From: Eshraghiella crossota
GTDB taxonomy: Bacteria; Bacillota; Clostridia; Christensenellales; CAG-917
Assembly: GCA_963590075.1 (NCBI GenBank)
Contig: CAVANK010000004.1
Coordinates: 18,670-82,669, forward strand
Reading direction: 5' to 3'
Length of the DNA: 64,000 nucleotides
Shown: piece after piece, positions 27,475 through 36,857 of the stretch
How the letters are laid out: every line of letters begins with the position of its first letter
How positions within the stretch are numbered: the first letter of the stretch is position 1
The notes under the pieces: generated by a model
The model's input: the letters and a program-made list of their open reading frames with translations, nothing else
What the model was told of the DNA's origin: nothing
Databases searched by the model: none
Translations under genes and position numbers: made by a program

Positions 27475-29652
27475 ATGTTAGAACTCTTGGCACCCGCCGG
27501 AGATATATCCGCACTCGACACCGCAATCAAATGCGGAGCGGACGCGGTATACCTCGGTCTTAACGGTTTTAACGCACGTATGCGTGCGCAAAATTTCAAC
27601 GCCGACAATATCGGCGAGGTTGTCGCGCGCGCTCATTTTTACGGCGTAAAAGTGTACGTTACGATAAACACTATTTTGCAAAATGACGAGTTTAACGACC
27701 TAATTTCGCTAGTTAAAACCGCAGTCGGCGCAAAAGTGGACGCTTTTTTGGTGCAAGACCTCGGCGTTGCCAAAGTTCTTAAAGATACCTTTGACGGTAT
27801 AGTTTTGCACGCAAGCACGCAAATGGGCGTGCATAATCTATACGGTGCGAAAGTTGCCGAAAGTATGGGAATAAAGCGGGTGGTTTTGTCGCGCGAGGCA
27901 AAACTCGAAGATATAAAGCAAATACGCGATAACACGTCTTTGGAGATAGAATACTTCGTGCAAGGCGCGCTGTGCATTGCGTTTTCGGGCAATTGCTATC
28001 TATCTTCCGTCGAGCAAGGCGCGAGCGGAAACCGAGGGCTTTGCAAGCAACTTTGCCGTCTTCCGTATATTGCGAAGTCGGGCGGAAAAACAGACAAGGG
28101 ATATATGTTGAGCGCAAGGGATTTGTGTCTTGCAAAGAGCGTGAAAGAGCTTGCCGACGCGGGCGTGTGCTCGTTCAAAATAGAGGGTAGATTGCGCCGT
28201 GACGGGTACGTTGCCGAGGCGGTGCAAACGTATAGAAAGATTATCGACGAAGTGGAAAACGGGCGTAAAATCGACTTTGGCGAGAAGGACGAAGATAGAC
28301 TGAAAATCGCGTTTTCAAGAGGTGATTTTCTCGAAAGAGCGTATCTCGACGAGGGTGTTCCGAAAGTTGTCGAAAAGAGATTCAATAACCACACGGGTAT
28401 AAAAATCGGAGTAGTCAAGGACGTCAAGCCATTCAAGAACGATTTGTACGAAGTGACGATTTTAAGCAGTCGCAAACTTTGTAAAGGGGACGGAATAAAG
28501 TTCTTCGACAAGGACAAGGAAAGCGCAAGTCTCGGCATCGGTGAGGCAAGAGAAAAGGGAAAAAACCTATATTCCGTGGTAACTACCGCCAAAGTCAAGG
28601 CGGGTTGGACGGTCAATCTCATATCCGACGCGGGGCGCGAAAAGGAACTTGCCGAAATTGCAAGATACGTGCCCATAAGCCTCGACGTCAAGGCACTCGC
28701 AGGCAAACCGCTTGCAATCACCGCTTATTACGAGAGCGGAGATAAGAGTGTGAGCGACAAGTGCGAAAGCGAGGACGTTTTGCAAAAGGCAACCAACGCT
28801 CCGACTGACGCAAACGAGATTGCAAAGCAATGCTCCAAAGTTGCGGACAGCGGTTTTTGCATAGAGGGCGTAAAAGTGGATACGGACGGAGTGTTTATCG
28901 CAAAATCCGTGCTAAACGCGCTTCGTAGAGACGTTTTTGAAAAAATCAAAGGCGAAATTATCAGCGCAAATTCTCCGAGCGAAGTTACCGTAAGGCAAGA
29001 TATAATTGACGACTTGCTTGAAAGGTTGCAAAACGTAAAGCACGTGCAAGGCACAAGCCTCAAAGTGCTTTTGGGTGACGATTTGGCAAAGAGCGCAATG
29101 CTCAAAAAGGACGAAAAAATCGTGTTGCGCCCATCCGTTTGGAAGGCGGAAACGATATTGCGAGATATCGAACTTTTCGGCGTAGAGCAAAAGGACGTGA
29201 TTTTGGACTTGCCGATTATCGCAAACGGCAAAGATTTGCAAATTATAGAAAGCGTGCTTGAAAAACTTCCGCAAATCACCACGCTCGTCAGCGAAAACGT
29301 GTACGGACTGTATTTCGCAAGCAAAGGATATACCGTAATCGCGGGACAAGGACATAATATCGCAAATGTGTTTGCGGTGGAGGGAGTAAAGAGTTTGGGC
29401 GCAGTCGGATACGTGCCGTCTTTGGAATATCCCGACTTTGAGGCAAACGAGGGCGGCATCGCAAGGTATACGGCGGACAAAAATATCCCGCTTATGACAT
29501 TTGCGCATTGTCCGTACAAGACGATGAACGGCAACGATTGCGCAAAGTGTTCCTACAAAGGGGATATGACTTTGCAGAGAGAAAAGCACGTTTACAAAGT
29601 GCGTCGCACCACGCTGTCGCAATGCTACTTTGGCTTGTATCCCGAAAATTAG
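27475..29652 (+). CDS. U32-family peptidase-like protein (PrtC/RlhA-type), long form
   Basis: MLELLAPAGD start, ADAVYLG, and the U32 signature region EYFVQGALCIAFSGNCYLS. About 725 aa with a C-terminal extension carrying Cys motifs. Confidence 0.8.
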   Translation: MLELLAPAGDISALDTAIKCGADAVYLGLNGFNARMRAQNFNADNIGEVVARAHFYGVKVYVTINTILQNDEFNDLISLVKTAVGAKVDAFLVQDLGVAKVLKDTFDGIVLHASTQMGVHNLYGAKVAESMGIKRVVLSREAKLEDIKQIRDNTSLEIEYFVQGALCIAFSGNCYLSSVEQGASGNRGLCKQLCRLPYIAKSGGKTDKGYMLSARDLCLAKSVKELADAGVCSFKIEGRLRRDGYVAEAVQTYRKIIDEVENGRKIDFGEKDEDRLKIAFSRGDFLERAYLDEGVPKVVEKRFNNHTGIKIGVVKDVKPFKNDLYEVTILSSRKLCKGDGIKFFDKDKESASLGIGEAREKGKNLYSVVTTAKVKAGWTVNLISDAGREKELAEIARYVPISLDVKALAGKPLAITAYYESGDKSVSDKCESEDVLQKATNAPTDANEIAKQCSKVADSGFCIEGVKVDTDGVFIAKSVLNALRRDVFEKIKGEIISANSPSEVTVRQDIIDDLLERLQNVKHVQGTSLKVLLGDDLAKSAMLKKDEKIVLRPSVWKAETILRDIELFGVEQKDVILDLPIIANGKDLQIIESVLEKLPQITTLVSENVYGLYFASKGYTVIAGQGHNIANVFAVEGVKSLGAVGYVPSLEYPDFEANEGGIARYTADKNIPLMTFAHCPYKTMNGNDCAKCSYKGDMTLQREKHVYKVRRTTLSQCYFGLYPEN

Positions 29653-29744
29653 ACCAAACCCCGTTTTTATGCTTGTCAAAAGGCGGTGGTTGTGTTAATA
29701 TAATTTCAAGCGAAAGCGAATTTATTTTGTAAGGAGATAAGAAT

Positions 29745-29915
29745 ATGCCCAGAGTTATCAGCGATGAATGCATCCAATGCGGCGCATGCGCAGATACTTG
29801 CCCGGTTGGTGCAATTGCAGAAGGCGATAGCAAATACGTTGTCGATCCCGATCAATGCATCGATTGCGGAGCTTGTGAAGACGGTTGCCCCGTCGGCGCA
29901 ATTACCGAAGCGTAA
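29745..29915 (+). CDS. 2x[4Fe-4S] ferredoxin (56 aa), below the ORF-track size cutoff
   Basis: AAGGAG RBS. Sequence MPRVISDECIQCGACADTCPVGAIAEGDSKYVVDPDQCIDCGACEDGCPVGAITEA, with two CxxCxxCxxxCP motifs. Confidence 0.9.
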   Translation: MPRVISDECIQCGACADTCPVGAIAEGDSKYVVDPDQCIDCGACEDGCPVGAITEA

Positions 29916-29929
29916 TAAGACAAAAACAA

Positions 29930-29967
29930 AAAAGTCGCACACTCGAAAAGGGTGTGCGATTTTTTTG
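29930..29967. terminator. bidirectional terminator (ferredoxin gene on plus, XRE gene plus array on minus)
   Basis: A-run, TCGCACAC-loop-GTGTGCGA, T7. Confidence 0.8.
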
Positions 29968-29974
29968 TTTTTGT

Positions 29975-30084
29975 AGTGATATTTGCCGTTGGCAAGTGAT
30001 ATTGCGACTTTGTCGCAGTGATATTTTTGGCTTGCGCCAAAAGTGATATTCGCACTGTGTGCGAGTTATGGAAGGCGGAGCCTT
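29975..30084 (-). repeat. family-A hairpin array, copy A4 (reverse orientation), preceded on the minus strand by an AAGGCNNNGCCTT hairpin
   Basis: 4 x AGTGATAT on the plus strand, separated by TTGCC-GTT-GGCAA, GCGAC-TTT-GTCGC, TTTTGGC-TTGC-GCCAAAA, TCGCAC-TGT-GTGCGA. Then GTTATGG and GGAAGGCGGAGCCTT. Confidence 0.85.
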
Positions 30085-30101
30085 ATCCGATATTTTTTTG
30101 T

Positions 30102-30317
30102 TTAATCGTGTTCTTTGCCGATTAGATAATCAATACTTACGTCAAAAAATTCGGCAATTTTCCAACAATCGAGAACGTTGGGCACGATTATACCCGCTTC
30201 CCAACGGGAAATGTTTGCCTGCGTCGTGCCGACAAGTTGGGCAAGTTGCCCTTGCGAAAGGTCTTTTTCCAATCTCAATTCTTTTATTCTGTTGCTCTTA
30301 AAATCCAATGTAGTCAT
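30102..30317 (-). CDS. XRE-family HTH transcriptional regulator (short, Cro/CI-like)
   Basis: LRLEKDLSQGQLAQLVGTTQANISRWEAG. Start taken at MTTLDFKS. The track ORF extends to 30362 but would run through the operator/promoter region. Confidence 0.8.
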   Translation of the reverse strand: MTTLDFKSNRIKELRLEKDLSQGQLAQLVGTTQANISRWEAGIIVPNVLDCWKIAEFFDVSIDYLIGKEHD

Positions 30318-30326
30318 ACCACAATG

Positions 30327-30370
30327 ATACAAATTTGCATATTTTTGTATTGACATATACAAATTTGTAT
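30327..30370. promoter_or_regulatory. two palindromic operator sites with an embedded TTGACA in the divergent XRE/DUF898 control region
   Basis: ATACAAATTTGCAT (30327-30340) and the perfect palindrome ATACAAATTTGTAT (30357-30370), 30 bp centre to centre. TTGACA at 30350-30355. Confidence 0.7.
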
Positions 30371-30411
30371 GAGATTATTATGATAAATTATGTATTATAG
30401 GGGGTATTTTT

Positions 30412-31839
30412 ATGAGCAAAAAGACGCATTGTCCGTCTTGCGGTGCAATTATCGAGATCGATGAAAGCCGAGAACGCTTGCATTGCGACGGTTGCGGCAA
30501 AAATTACAAAAATCCGTATTACAAAGAAATAAAAGTCGTTGAAAACGGCAGTGAAGAGCAAGAGTCGGCAGTTGCGCCGACAAATGTTGATACAAATGTC
30601 GACGAAAAGACGAACGATAACATCAATGTCAACGAAAACAAAGTCCAAAGCGAAGTGAGCGTATCGTGCGATATCGTTGCACATAGTGAACCTGTCGAGG
30701 AAAAAACAGACGATATCGACGAAGAAAAATTGGCAAAAGTCAAGAAAAAACTTACAAAATCAACCATTGCAATGTTGGTGCTGTCAAGTATATTTATGTT
30801 GTATGCTATTGCAGTGCTCGCAATGAATTTGTATTTTTCAGGTTTAAGAGCGGATGTGTTTAAGAATGCAACAGAGTGTGTCTTTTTGATTTTTGTTTTG
30901 ACGATTTGCATTATTGCCAGTGCTGTATTATGTAAAAATCGCAAAGTAATAGACCAAAAGAGTGTGACGTGTTTAATCATCATACTGGTTTCGGTTTGTT
31001 TAATAGAAATTGAAAACATAGTGTCGACGAGTGTTGGCGTTGTCGGTTTGCTAAAAGATCCACGATATGGGCCTTCATCACTTTTTTCTACTTTTGTAAT
31101 AAATACTATTATAAGTTCGCCGATTATTGCATTGATTGTTTTAAGTGCGGTGAATTTGAAGAATATCAAGCCGTTTATTCCCAAGTACGTTGTGTCGGCG
31201 CATCTTGACGGACACAGTGAGTTCACCGCGGGGCTTTTTAGTTTGATTTGGCTCAATTTCGTCAACATCCTCATAAAAACATTTACACTCGGTTTGTGCA
31301 CGCCTTGGGCGGTGCGCAGAGAGTATACTTGGCTATACGAGCACCAAGTGATAGACGATAGAAAACTTGTGTTTGACGGAACCGCCGCAAGTCTGTTCGG
31401 ACAATGGGTGAAGTGGTCGTTGCTTTCCGTTGTCACGCTGGGCATATACACGCTTTTTGTGCCGATAAAGAAAATGCAATGGATAACGAAGAATACGCAT
31501 ATAAAAGACGTCGTTATCGATACGCAAGAAAATAAGAGTAAGTTTGACGGCAAATTCTGGTCTTATTGGGGAATGAGGTTGGTAAACGGACTTATTATAG
31601 TCTTTTCTCTCGGCTTTTGTACACCGTGGGCAATCGTAAGAGAACAGCGTTGGTTTACCGAACATCAAATATTTGACGGACAACGCCTTGCGTTTGACGG
31701 CAGTGCTATGGGACTATTCGGACAATGGATAAAATGGATGTTGTTGAGCATAATCACTCTTGGCATTTATGCTTGGTGGATACCGATTAAAAAGCAAAAG
31801 TGGATAACGGAGCATACACACTTTTCAATTAATGCATAA
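30412..31839 (+). CDS. zinc-ribbon membrane protein with two YjgN/DUF898-like repeats
   Basis: N-terminal CPSCGAIIEID..LHCDGCGKNY, an acidic linker and multiple TM helices. Two repeats of the pattern F(T/S)LG(L/F)CTPWA(V/I)(R)RE..W..EH(Q)..D(D/G)(R/Q)(K/R)L.FDG(T/S)A..LFGQW(V/I)KW.LLS..TLGIY. Visibly more AT-rich than the flanks. Confidence 0.65.
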   Translation: MSKKTHCPSCGAIIEIDESRERLHCDGCGKNYKNPYYKEIKVVENGSEEQESAVAPTNVDTNVDEKTNDNINVNENKVQSEVSVSCDIVAHSEPVEEKTDDIDEEKLAKVKKKLTKSTIAMLVLSSIFMLYAIAVLAMNLYFSGLRADVFKNATECVFLIFVLTICIIASAVLCKNRKVIDQKSVTCLIIILVSVCLIEIENIVSTSVGVVGLLKDPRYGPSSLFSTFVINTIISSPIIALIVLSAVNLKNIKPFIPKYVVSAHLDGHSEFTAGLFSLIWLNFVNILIKTFTLGLCTPWAVRREYTWLYEHQVIDDRKLVFDGTAASLFGQWVKWSLLSVVTLGIYTLFVPIKKMQWITKNTHIKDVVIDTQENKSKFDGKFWSYWGMRLVNGLIIVFSLGFCTPWAIVREQRWFTEHQIFDGQRLAFDGSAMGLFGQWIKWMLLSIITLGIYAWWIPIKKQKWITEHTHFSINA

Positions 31840-31840
31840 G

Positions 31841-31876
31841 AAAAAGTCACACAATCAAGCGATTGTGTGATTTTCT
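31841..31876. terminator. bidirectional terminator
   Basis: AAAAAG-TCACACAATC-AAGC-GATTGTGTGA-TTTTC. Confidence 0.8.
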
Positions 31877-31889
31877 TTGTAGCGAAAGC

Positions 31890-32145
31890 GGAATATTCCA
31901 TTAGCGCAATTTATTGCGCCTAACGTTACTCGTAGACAGGCGGAGCCGTAGTTTATAACTCCACGAAAAGTTGTTGTGAGCATCAACTTTGTATCCGAGC
32001 AACCGCCGAGCCGTCTCAAGGTTGTGAGACCTTACGCACAAAAGCAATGCTCCGATTGCTTTTGTGTAGGACGTTTGCGCCTAAATATGTGTCAAGTTAT
32101 CTCGTAGAGATAAGTGACACGTGTTTAGCATTCGGCGCAAAGATG
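31890..32145 (-). repeat. family-D 256-bp multi-hairpin element, copy D1 (inverted relative to D2)
   Basis: About 93% identical by eye to the reverse complement of 56645-56899. Bounded by GGAATATTCC at one end and a stop codon at the other. Internal hairpins include CACAAAAGCAATG/CATTGCTTTTGTG and TGTCAAGTTATCTC/GAGATAAGTGACA. Confidence 0.9.
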
Positions 32146-32325
32146 TTATAAATCATCAACGTCCTGCACGGGTTTTTCGCCGTCGGGGACGTCGGGATAG
32201 CCCTCTCTTTCGGGTACGCCCGTCCAACTGCCGTTGGGATCGAAATGCGAACGCATATTTTCGTGATTTGTAAGGTTGCTGTGAGAGAGCGGGGGTTGAT
32301 ACTTTCTTTTTCTTCTAATTTTCAT
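32146..32325 (-). CDS. small basic/acidic hypothetical protein (59 aa)
   Basis: GAGGAAA RBS before MKIRRKRKYQPPLSHSNL...; acidic C-terminus PVQDVDDL. The track ORF adds 6 upstream codons. Confidence 0.45.
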   Translation of the reverse strand: MKIRRKRKYQPPLSHSNLTNHENMRSHFDPNGSWTGVPEREGYPDVPDGEKPVQDVDDL

Positions 32326-32459
32326 AATCGTTTCCTCGTACACGTAGCGTGCGCAAATCTTAAAGATTTATTAATTTCATTAATATTTGATAAATGGGGT
32401 AGAAAAACAAACAAATATATGATAAAATACAAATTGCAATATAAAGCAAAGGTGAATTT

Positions 32460-33059
32460 ATGAAAAACGGTGGAATTGACAAAAGAGTCATAAAAACAAA
32501 GAACGCCATTTTTGAAGCGTTCAAGCAACTTGTTCAAGAAAAAGATATGTCGGATATAACCATTAGCGAACTTACGCAAAAGGCGAATATCACGAGAAGC
32601 ACTTTTTATATGTATTACGACACTGTGGGCGACGTGCGCACGGATATCGAAAACGAGATTATCGCGCGCATAGACAAGATCATGAGCGAGGCGGATATGA
32701 GCGAGGTTGTGCAATCTCCGTACACGCTTTTGAGCACGCTTGCGGACGAAATCGCAAAACAAGACCAAAACAACAGATATATTCTCTCGTCCAGCACGTC
32801 GGGACAACTTCTCGACAAAATCAACGAACGTATCGTTGCGGCGTATATGCATCGTCTTGCCGAGACCACGAACAAAGAAAATCTCGATATGGGCAAGGTG
32901 AGATACGTCATTGCTTTTGCGGCGGCGGGCATTACGGAGTGCTTCAAGATTTGGTTCAATCACAAGAGCACCATCACGCTTGAAGAACTTTGCAAAAACA
33001 TCTCCGACGCGGTGAGCAAGGGCGTCGATTGGGTGTCCGTGACCAAAGCGCAAGACTGA
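32460..33059 (+). CDS. TetR/AcrR-family transcriptional regulator
   Basis: N-terminal HTH ITISELTQKANITRSTFYMYYDT; 199 aa. Confidence 0.85.
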   Translation: MKNGGIDKRVIKTKNAIFEAFKQLVQEKDMSDITISELTQKANITRSTFYMYYDTVGDVRTDIENEIIARIDKIMSEADMSEVVQSPYTLLSTLADEIAKQDQNNRYILSSSTSGQLLDKINERIVAAYMHRLAETTNKENLDMGKVRYVIAFAAAGITECFKIWFNHKSTITLEELCKNISDAVSKGVDWVSVTKAQD

Positions 33060-33202
33060 TTTTTGCGCCGTTAATCAACCGCTACGAGAGAGAATGGCTA
33101 TGATAGCCGTTCTCTTCGTTGTCTTCTGAGCCCTTTTTAAGGACTGAAAACTAAGATATACTACCATATAAAAGATAAAATAACTCAACATTGAGGTGGA
33201 TT

Positions 33203-36028
33203 ATGCTCCAACTTAAAGACGTCGTAAAAGATTATCCCACCGCTACCACGACGGTGCACGCGCTCCGCAAAGTATCGCTCAATTTCAGAGAGAGCGAGTT
33301 CGTTGCCATTTTGGGCCCGTCGGGATGCGGAAAAACCACTATGCTCAACATCATAGGCGGTCTTGACAGATACACCAGCGGTGACCTTGTCATCGGCGGA
33401 GTTTCCACGCGCGATTTTGACGACGAGCATTGGGACGCGTACAGAAACGCGACTATCGGTTTTGTTTTCCAAAGTTACAATCTTATCCCGCACCTCACCG
33501 TGCTTGAAAACGTCGAGCTTGCGTTGAGCCTCGTAGGCGAGGGTAAAAAGACGCGTAGAGCAAAGGCGGTTGCCGCGCTCCACAAAGTCAATATGCACGA
33601 CGAGATAAACAAGCGCCCCAACCAATTGAGCGGTGGACAAATGCAACGCGTCGCGATTGCAAGAGCCATCGTCAACGATCCCAAGATTATTCTTGCGGAC
33701 GAACCGACGGGTGCGTTGGATAGTGAACTCAGCGTGCAAGTTATGGATATTTTGCAAGAGATATCCAAGACTCGTCTCGTCATTATGGTTACACACAACG
33801 CCGAGCTTGCCTATCAATACGCAACTCGTATTTGTCGTTTCAAAGACGGTCAACTTATCGAGGACACCAATCCCTACGATCCCGAAGAAGAGACGGTAGA
33901 AGGGCAAGCGGACGTCTGTCGAGACATTGACGCTATTGATGAAATTATTGATCCCGAAATTGCGCAAGACACCACAATCGACACTTCAACGCTACAAAAC
34001 GACGAGATAAACGTCGAAAACGTGCAACAAGATGAAGACGGCAAGTCTAAAAAATTGTCCAATCACAAGCGCAAACTTGCAATGAAAAAGGTGGGCAGTG
34101 CCAGCAACGCACTCTTTGACAAATTGGGCATAAACAGTTTGTCAAAGAAGAAAAAACGCAAAGACAAGTCCTTCAAACCCACGTCTATGAGCGCGGGTAT
34201 GGCGTTTGGTCTTTCGTGGAGAAACCTCGTTTCCAAAAAGCGTCGTACGTTCTTTACGATGTTTGCTGGAAGCATAGGCATCATAGGACTCGGACTCGTA
34301 TTGTCCATATCCAACGGCTTCAACGTGTACGTCGAGAAGATGGAAAAAGAGATGTTTTCCAGCGTGCCTTTGGGCATTTATCAATACAACGTACAGAACT
34401 CCGCCATTATGGATATGATGATGAATTTCCAAAGTCAAGACGATTCCGGCGCATTCCCCGACAGCGATAAAATCGGAGTAAGCACGGACGGCGGCGGAAG
34501 CATAGACAGTTATATCTCGGCTTTTACCAAACCTTTCCTCGAAGGTATAACCAAAAACGAAATCACCGAAGAGTTTACTCAATATATGAAGAATATGCCC
34601 AAAGACAACTATAAGTCGATGAGCATCAATTATGGATTGAGATACAATCTCGTGCGCAAGACGTACGACAAAAACGGCAACATTACCTATGCGGACGTGT
34701 CTCAAGCGCCCGAACCGATAACCGCACTTTCAATCGCAACGACGGTGCTCGGTGAAAACGGTTTGCAATCCAAGTATTGGCAAGAGCTTGCAAGCAACAA
34801 AGACACTATGCTCGAATCTTACGACCTCATCGGTAAAAACAGCCGTTATCCGCAAAACAAAAACGAGATTTTGCTTTGCGTGGGCAAGGATAACAAGATA
34901 TCGCAAGATTTGCTCGACGAGTTTGGCATCGAACTCTATGAGAAGAACGAAGACGGCACTCTCAAAAAAGACGGTAGCGGCAAACCTATCTCGCTCGGCA
35001 CGTCCGATATCTCCTACGAGTACTTTATAGGTCAAACCGTCAAGATGATTCTCAACGACGACTACTATATAAAGACGGGCGAAACCTCTTACGATACAAT
35101 GGGCTTCGATACAAATCCGTCCTTGCTATATTGGTCGGAGAAGAGTCAATCGAGATTGCAATCGCTTTATGAAAATTCCGAAACCGAACTCAAAATCGTC
35201 GGCGTTATCAGACAAAAGAAGGGTGGTTATTCCTTTGTAAATTCCGCGCTTTGCTACACGCCCGAATTTGCCGAGTGGGCAATGGACCAAGCCTACAACA
35301 GTGAAGTAGCGCGTATTCAACGTACGCTCACACCGCAAGGCACAACTATTTTCGGTACGTACGACGAGGTAAACAACACGGGCTTTACCGACGATAGTTT
35401 TAGCAGTGAACTCGTGGACATCGTATACGGAAAAGTCCTCACGCTCGACTACTTTGCCAAGGCGGTCGGCGCGGATAGGTCGGCAAGTTTTATCACCGTG
35501 TTCCCCGAGACGTTCGAGCAAAAAGACGCGGCAATCAATTATATCAATGCGTGGAATAAGACCGAAATCGGCTACTTCGACGTGTCGGCGATGTTCCTCT
35601 ACAACATCACCATTATGATTGACCTCGTGTCCGCAATGCTCATTGCGGTCGCGTCCATCTCGCTTGTGGTGTCCACCGTTATGATCGGCGTCATCACGTC
35701 CAACTCCGTCATCGAGCGTATCCGTGAGATAGGTATTCTCCGTGCAATCGGCGCACGCAAGCGCGATATTCGCAACGTGTTCATTGCCGAGACCGCAATC
35801 ATAGGTTTCAGTAGCGGTGTCATCGGCATCGTCGTCACCTATATCCTCTGTCCGCTTATATCCCTCGTCATCAAAGCGGCAACCGGTATCGGCTCGCTCT
35901 TGCACTTCCACCCGTTGCACGCTCTTGCCCTCGTCGCCATCAGTTTGCTTTTGACGGTCATTTCGGGCATTATTCCGGCGATTAATGCTTCACGTAAGAA
36001 CGTCGTCGACGCTCTCCGCGTAGAGTAA
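33203..36028 (+). CDS. fused ABC transporter ATP-binding/permease protein (MacB/FtsX type) with a large extracytoplasmic domain
   Basis: Walker [10 protein letters not shown], signature [14 protein letters not shown], Walker [13 protein letters not shown]-terminal FtsX-like TM bundle ([16 protein letters not shown]). Confidence 0.88.
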   Translation: MLQLKDVVKDYPTATTTVHALRKVSLNFRESEFVAILGPSGCGKTTMLNIIGGLDRYTSGDLVIGGVSTRDFDDEHWDAYRNATIGFVFQSYNLIPHLTVLENVELALSLVGEGKKTRRAKAVAALHKVNMHDEINKRPNQLSGGQMQRVAIARAIVNDPKIILADEPTGALDSELSVQVMDILQEISKTRLVIMVTHNAELAYQYATRICRFKDGQLIEDTNPYDPEEETVEGQADVCRDIDAIDEIIDPEIAQDTTIDTSTLQNDEINVENVQQDEDGKSKKLSNHKRKLAMKKVGSASNALFDKLGINSLSKKKKRKDKSFKPTSMSAGMAFGLSWRNLVSKKRRTFFTMFAGSIGIIGLGLVLSISNGFNVYVEKMEKEMFSSVPLGIYQYNVQNSAIMDMMMNFQSQDDSGAFPDSDKIGVSTDGGGSIDSYISAFTKPFLEGITKNEITEEFTQYMKNMPKDNYKSMSINYGLRYNLVRKTYDKNGNITYADVSQAPEPITALSIATTVLGENGLQSKYWQELASNKDTMLESYDLIGKNSRYPQNKNEILLCVGKDNKISQDLLDEFGIELYEKNEDGTLKKDGSGKPISLGTSDISYEYFIGQTVKMILNDDYYIKTGETSYDTMGFDTNPSLLYWSEKSQSRLQSLYENSETELKIVGVIRQKKGGYSFVNSALCYTPEFAEWAMDQAYNSEVARIQRTLTPQGTTIFGTYDEVNNTGFTDDSFSSELVDIVYGKVLTLDYFAKAVGADRSASFITVFPETFEQKDAAINYINAWNKTEIGYFDVSAMFLYNITIMIDLVSAMLIAVASISLVVSTVMIGVITSNSVIERIREIGILRAIGARKRDIRNVFIAETAIIGFSSGVIGIVVTYILCPLISLVIKAATGIGSLLHFHPLHALALVAISLLLTVISGIIPAINASRKNVVDALRVE

Positions 36029-36199
36029 AACGACACTAAATTGCGCCTAACGGCGTCAGGTCTGTCCGCCCGTCAACTCATTTACGATTTAGTAAATTAG
36101 GGTTGCCGTTCGGACATTCCTTCCTTGTTATGCATCGATTTATTGCTGTTTTACAAACCGCACTATTTAGCGAATAACTGCGTTACTGCCGTCCGAATT
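36026..36199 (+). repeat. family-E multi-hairpin element, copy E2, starting at the ABC transporter stop codon
   Basis: TAAAACGACACTAAATTGCGCCTAAC..; outer stem TGTCCG/CGGACA; inner CAAC-TC-ATTTAC-GATTTA-GTAAAT-TAG-G-GTTG; TTCCTTGTTATGCATCGATTTATTGC. Confidence 0.8.
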
Positions 36200-36335
36200 G
36201 GGGGCAGTCGTAACTCCTCAAAATAAGACACCCCCCCCTCTTTCCGGACACGCCGGCATATCCACTTCGGCGTTTGCGCACCGCAATCCGCCTCGTTCGC
36301 TTTGCGACTCGAAGCTTCGAATAAGCACATTCCGT
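36200..36335 (-). repeat. family-F intergenic repeat, copy F2 (reverse orientation)
   Basis: ACTTCGGCGTTTGCGCACCGCAATCCGCCTCGTTCG is the reverse complement of the F1 core. A C8 run matches the F1 G-run. Confidence 0.8.
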
Positions 36336-36605
36336 GTATAAGAACGCTCCGAATGAGGGTGCGTTTGGATAAGGCTACGCCTTCCGCAATTATTAATTAC
36401 TAATTACCAATTCAACAATTCACATCTTGCGCCTATGGCGCAAATACCGGAAAATAAGAACGAGGCGTTGCGTGTGCAACGTCTCGTCCTTTAGGAGAAG
36501 CAATAAAGATATAGGGGGATATGTTTTTTGCTTTTGTACCTTCAATATAACTTGCGATTATTAAACTAAAATGAAAATTTTGACAAAAAACGAGGTTTTT
36601 TCAAA

Positions 36606-36633
36606 TAAAAAAGGCGGATAAACCGCCTTTTTC
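36606..36633. terminator. rho-independent terminator-like hairpin
   Basis: AAAAAAGGCGG-ATAAA-CCGCCTTTTT. Confidence 0.7.
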
Positions 36634-36857
36634 GTACTTTTATTAAATTTTGATTAAATTCCGATAACCTGCCAATCGTTCAATGGCAATAGCGGATTTA
36701 TCGATAAAGAGCAAATTTTTGCGCTGTTTTGTGCCAACTTACGTTTTGCCGTATCAAAAAAAGATATTAACAAATAAGCGTAAGGGTGATACAATCATTT
36801 TAGATATAACCGCGCGTACGCGCAATACGAGCTAAAAGAAAAAGGAGGTTGTTAGAT

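Noticed and set aside
36521-36605. Two micro-ORFs (9 and 12 codons) followed by a terminator, as a possible leader-peptide attenuator
   Set aside because: The downstream gene has its own promoter after the terminator. The peptides show no codon bias for a specific amino acid, and the RBS evidence is weak.
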